DNA of 64,000 nt from assembly GCF_964355755.1 (NCBI RefSeq), contig NC_092679.1, forward strand, positions 19,513,432 to 19,577,431. Reading direction: 5' to 3'. Positions 60,038 to 64,000 of this stretch are shown here, piece by piece. Position numbers and translations under genes: made by a program. The notes under the pieces were generated by a model. That model did no database searches, was not told the origin of the DNA, and saw nothing but the letters and a program-made list of their open reading frames with translations. The DNA is from Antedon mediterranea (lineage: Eukaryota > Animalia > Echinodermata). Each line of letters opens with the position of its first letter. The first letter of the stretch is position 1.

Positions 60038-62950
60038 GTTGGTTTAAAATATTGTTTTGTTTATTATTTCCATTTTGTGCAATTTGATGTGTAGTAACGT
60101 CTGTTCACATGTGAACCCAGACTTGTTCTGTTGTGTTTCTCAATGGCTTCATTCATTTTGTATAGAATTCAAAATAATATAGTTTGAATGGTTCTATACT
60201 TAAACACTACATTTTTTTTATCTGATCCGGAATCTCGGCTCGATGTCAATGTATAGCGTTAGATTTAGCCATAGAGATTTTACAAAATCTGTAAGATTTT
60301 ACAAAATTTTACACGTCCATATAGTATAAATAAACCCAGCATGTACAAATATCTAGTAAAATACTCCAGACTTTTGTTGTACCAGGCTTGGAAAATAAAA
60401 TGTGGGCTAGTAACCATATTGGGCTAGTAACCATATTGGACTAGTAATTTTTAGTGGGCTATTGAGGGAAACAAATTGAGATTGAGATAATATAATTGGC
60501 AGAAGTAATGGATAATGAATATAATGCAGAAGTAGGCGTAAGGGGCAGTCCCTAGTTTAATGTAATGATTTAACCTTAAAGACCCTAGCTTTGAAATTTA
60601 ACGGATTATTAACGATCTAATTCCTTCCTCCCAATTGTGGTGGTTTTTGTTAGAATAATCCCAAGCAATAATCTTCATAATTACTTAGTTGAGTTTATTT
60701 CCAGATTTTCTATTATACAATGTTATTCCTCGTACTTAGCTTGCTGACTGAAAGACAAAAATATTTGGTAAAAAGATCAGACCTGGATTAATAGACCAAT
60801 GCGAACCCCTCGGTAAACAGTTAATGTAAAATCTCTTTTATTATAACATAACAAACACAGAAACCTGAAATAATATAAAGCCCATTGTGGGCAGATGTGA
60901 TCGTTTGAAAGTTTAATGGAAAAAGGGTGTGAATGTGTATTGTTTGGGTTATTTTTATTTGCTAGTAGCAGTTTATAGATTTCAATAAGTTGGTAAATAC
61001 TGGTAGACAACGGTGAAAAAGTACATTTCCTGTGTATGACATGTTTTAGGTTGTACGAAACACCTTGACCTTATTCTACAGCATAGACTATGATTTTATT
61101 ATTTAGATTAATGAAGCGCGATTAATTAAACTATTTGGTTGCAGTATAAAGCTAACAATGATTACAGTTTTTTGCAGTGTTGGGTACCGGTGGACACGTG
61201 TGTTTGTGAATGGGGCATGGAACAGATGATGTAGAAATGCCTCCAAGCGCAAACTTATTGTGGCAGTGTGCGCACAAAAGAGTTAAGCGTGCACTAACTC
61301 GGTTAATTAGTCTAGGTCAATGCGTCGATTTCGCAAACCAGCGCTACCAATCGCTTGACTGGTCGGCTGCTAAACGCGATTAGTTTGTTTGATATGTGAG
61401 ATGACATTTAAGATTGTTGCCACGGGTTCAACGCCTGGTTAAGAATAGACACCACAATTTTCAATTGATTTCGCTTTTTTACTTAATTTCAATAATTAAC
61501 CAAAGAAATAATTAAAAAATACAATTGAGTGTTTGTATAAGGAATATGTTAACAATTGAGTATTTCCTTTTCCATTTTGTAAAATTCTATAGATTGTACA
61601 GGTAGTTAAATGATAATACATCAAATTTCTTTAGAAACTTTTTGGTGGTGATTTTTTAAATATAATCATTATAATTTATATTTCTTTTTGTACTATGATT
61701 TAAATGAACATATTTTTATTTTTTTTTTCAATTAACCAAATATAAAAACATAAAATTAGCCCTTGTTGATACCAAAAGTTGTGTGTTGAGTGGGTTACTA
61801 CAACAGTTTATAGAGTACACCACACAAAAACAAATAAATTAATTTCCACTTTTCACTAGAATTCCGAAGTTTCAGGTAGTATGCAAACTTTTTTGTATCA
61901 AATTTGTTATATATTTTGTTATTAAACTTGTGGCATTTATACATTTCAAACTATTATTAAAATTTGGTATTCCACCATTACAACAAAATATCTATCCTAG
62001 AGAAAAACCTATTTGATAAATATGCCTTTAAAGTCGCCGATTGTGCAACAGATTACAGTACTTTATAGATTTACTCATTAAAAATTCATGTTACTTGTTT
62101 TTGTTTACCCTTTCATCTGTGTTTAATCCAAGTGTGAGGGCAGTAAAGATTGTAAATGCACAATGAGAAAATCTGTATTGATTTTTCATTTGGCTCTCTT
62201 CTGTAAGATTTTTTCTGACATTGAGTAAAGGAGTTGTTGCTTAGTGGTTAAGACCTGGATTCCTGGATTCTGGGTTTGAATCCGGTCAGATGTCAGGATT
62301 GTTTCTCACAACAACAACAAAAAACTCCACTCCAAAAAACTTGTTGTAGGGCATCTTTTGTATGTTTGTCATACCACCTTTAAGAAGAATAGTAAATTAA
62401 TTATCCTTTGCAATTTGCCTCATACTGAATACATTTCTAGCTAGGCCTAGTTAGAGGGGGCCTAGCCTAATTCTCAACCCAATGTGAGGTGTATAAGATG
62501 TAAACAAACACTCTATAAACCGTACCAGCCAGTAAGTTTACTGTACATAAAACATTGTTTATTTTACTAACAGTAAATAATGTACCAGATACATGAAATA
62601 ATAAATTGTATTTCTTAATCTTTTTAATCTTTTCATACTGTACTGTTTTCCTCCTAATAATTCTTATTCAGTTCTCTTTTCTTCTTTTAATCTGCCTCAA
62701 TTTTCAGGACGCAGACGAAGACATTTTTTACCCTTTGCTAAATACAAAGGTTCCAAGAAAGGTTTGCTTATCCACATATATTATGAACTCATTTAGTAAA
62801 TGCCTAGTGTCCACAATATATGATGCAATGTGAAAAATGTTTAAACAAATAAATTATATAGAAATTCAGTAAATTTTAAACAGTATTGTAGTTGAGCTAG
62901 TTAAGCTGTAGCGTGCAAAGTGAAGCTGCTTCCGTAGTGGCATTGCAGCT

Positions 62951-63200
62951 TGGGTAGCGGAGCTGTAGCTTGGTGGCTAACATGCCTTCCTTCCAATCCC
63001 AAGGTCTACGGTTCAATCCTGACCTAGTGCCAGGATTCAATCCTGCATCCAGAGTCCAATCCTGACCTAGTAGTGCCATGGTTCAATCCTGACCTAGTGC
63101 CAGGGTTGTAACTATTTCTACTTCACTGCCTAAGCCTCAAATGAGACTTTATAAACATGATTTAGTTTATCCATCCTGTAATTAGCCAGTTACATGCATT
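62951..63200 (+). mobile_element. tRNA-derived SINE with internally multiplied B-box segment
   Basis: A-box TAGCTTGGTGG (62966-62976), B-box GGTTCAATCC (63010-63019) repeated; homologous to 23018-23225 and a minus-strand copy at ~59430-59590. Confidence 0.7.
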
Positions 63201-64000
63201 TGAAATATTTTAAAAATCAAATCAATTATTTATCTCATTTCACTCATACTTTATGATCTAGACTCTTTGCGATTATTCTTTAATTTCTTGATTTATACAT
63301 GATTTAAAATGTTGATTTATAATTTATACAGTTCATGATAATATTTTAATAATAATTTAATTTAGATTTTTATATCTTTCAAACCTACAAATGTATGCTA
63401 ATTATTGATAATTATTCTTTGAAATTATTGCAAGTCTATAATCATTTGAAAATGAAATCCATTGTATCAAAATATAGTTTTGGACACTAAGCAGTACAGA
63501 TGTATTATTTGTTTTTAGAGTTATTTTTTCATTTTGATTTAATTAGTGCATTGTTTATTAATATGTTCATGTGTGCTGTGAGGCTATTTTAAAGTGGTTT
63601 TTATTTCATATATATATTTTAATTTAAGATTTTTTTTTTAATGCAATCATTTTGTAATTTTGTTATATTTTAAAACACATTTTTTAAGTCATTCCATGTT
63701 GTTTTTTCTATATTATTAGTAAATAAAAAGCTTTGCTTTTTTTAAATTATTCTGATGATTTATGATAATACAGTGATATTTATATATGTATTTAAAAATA
63801 TTGTTTGTGTTTTTGTTAATTTTGTTTATAGCACTTATTTGTTTTGACTACCTTTAGTAATTAAATTAATTTTAAGTTATTGTAAACAGAGAAAAACTAT
63901 ATTTCATTTATAAAATGACGACGTTTTTTGTTTGTTTTTTTAAATGTTTTAAAGCATAGTGGTAATTTAGCTTGGTGGTTATCATGATAGCCTACCATTT

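Noticed and set aside
62951-63030. tRNA gene
   Set aside because: A and B boxes present but no intact cloverleaf; a shared downstream body in several copies indicates a SINE.

Overview
AT-rich, intron-rich animal (invertebrate-like) genomic DNA. (1) 1-5416: a GC/CpG-rich, apparently intact DIRS-type tyrosine-recombinase retrotransposon (gag-like ORF1; RT/RNaseH/methylase-like ORF2; YR ORF3; inverted terminal repeats and internal complementary region), left end just outside the window, most likely inside an intron of PPP4R4. (2) The 3' part of PPP4R4 (+, about 12 coding exons, 6961-17073). (3) A complete 7-exon C2H2 zinc-finger gene (-, 26304-22437). (4) The 5' part of an EHBP1-family gene (+, ATG 41240, NT-C2 exons to 60037); its long intron holds an internally deleted Academ-like DNA transposon with ~625-bp TIRs (45358-49836). 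(5) Many MITEs, tRNA-derived SINE fragments, a LINE 3' remnant and mini/microsatellites. Main observation: DIRS ORF1 and ORF3 share a frame and are separated by one UGA-C codon, with a GC stem-loop 12 nt downstream. This suggests programmed stop-codon readthrough giving a ~1500-aa Gag-recombinase fusion written over the RT gene. Each ITR also carries a consensus CTCF motif. All calls are by eye and from remembered family motifs; no searches were run.
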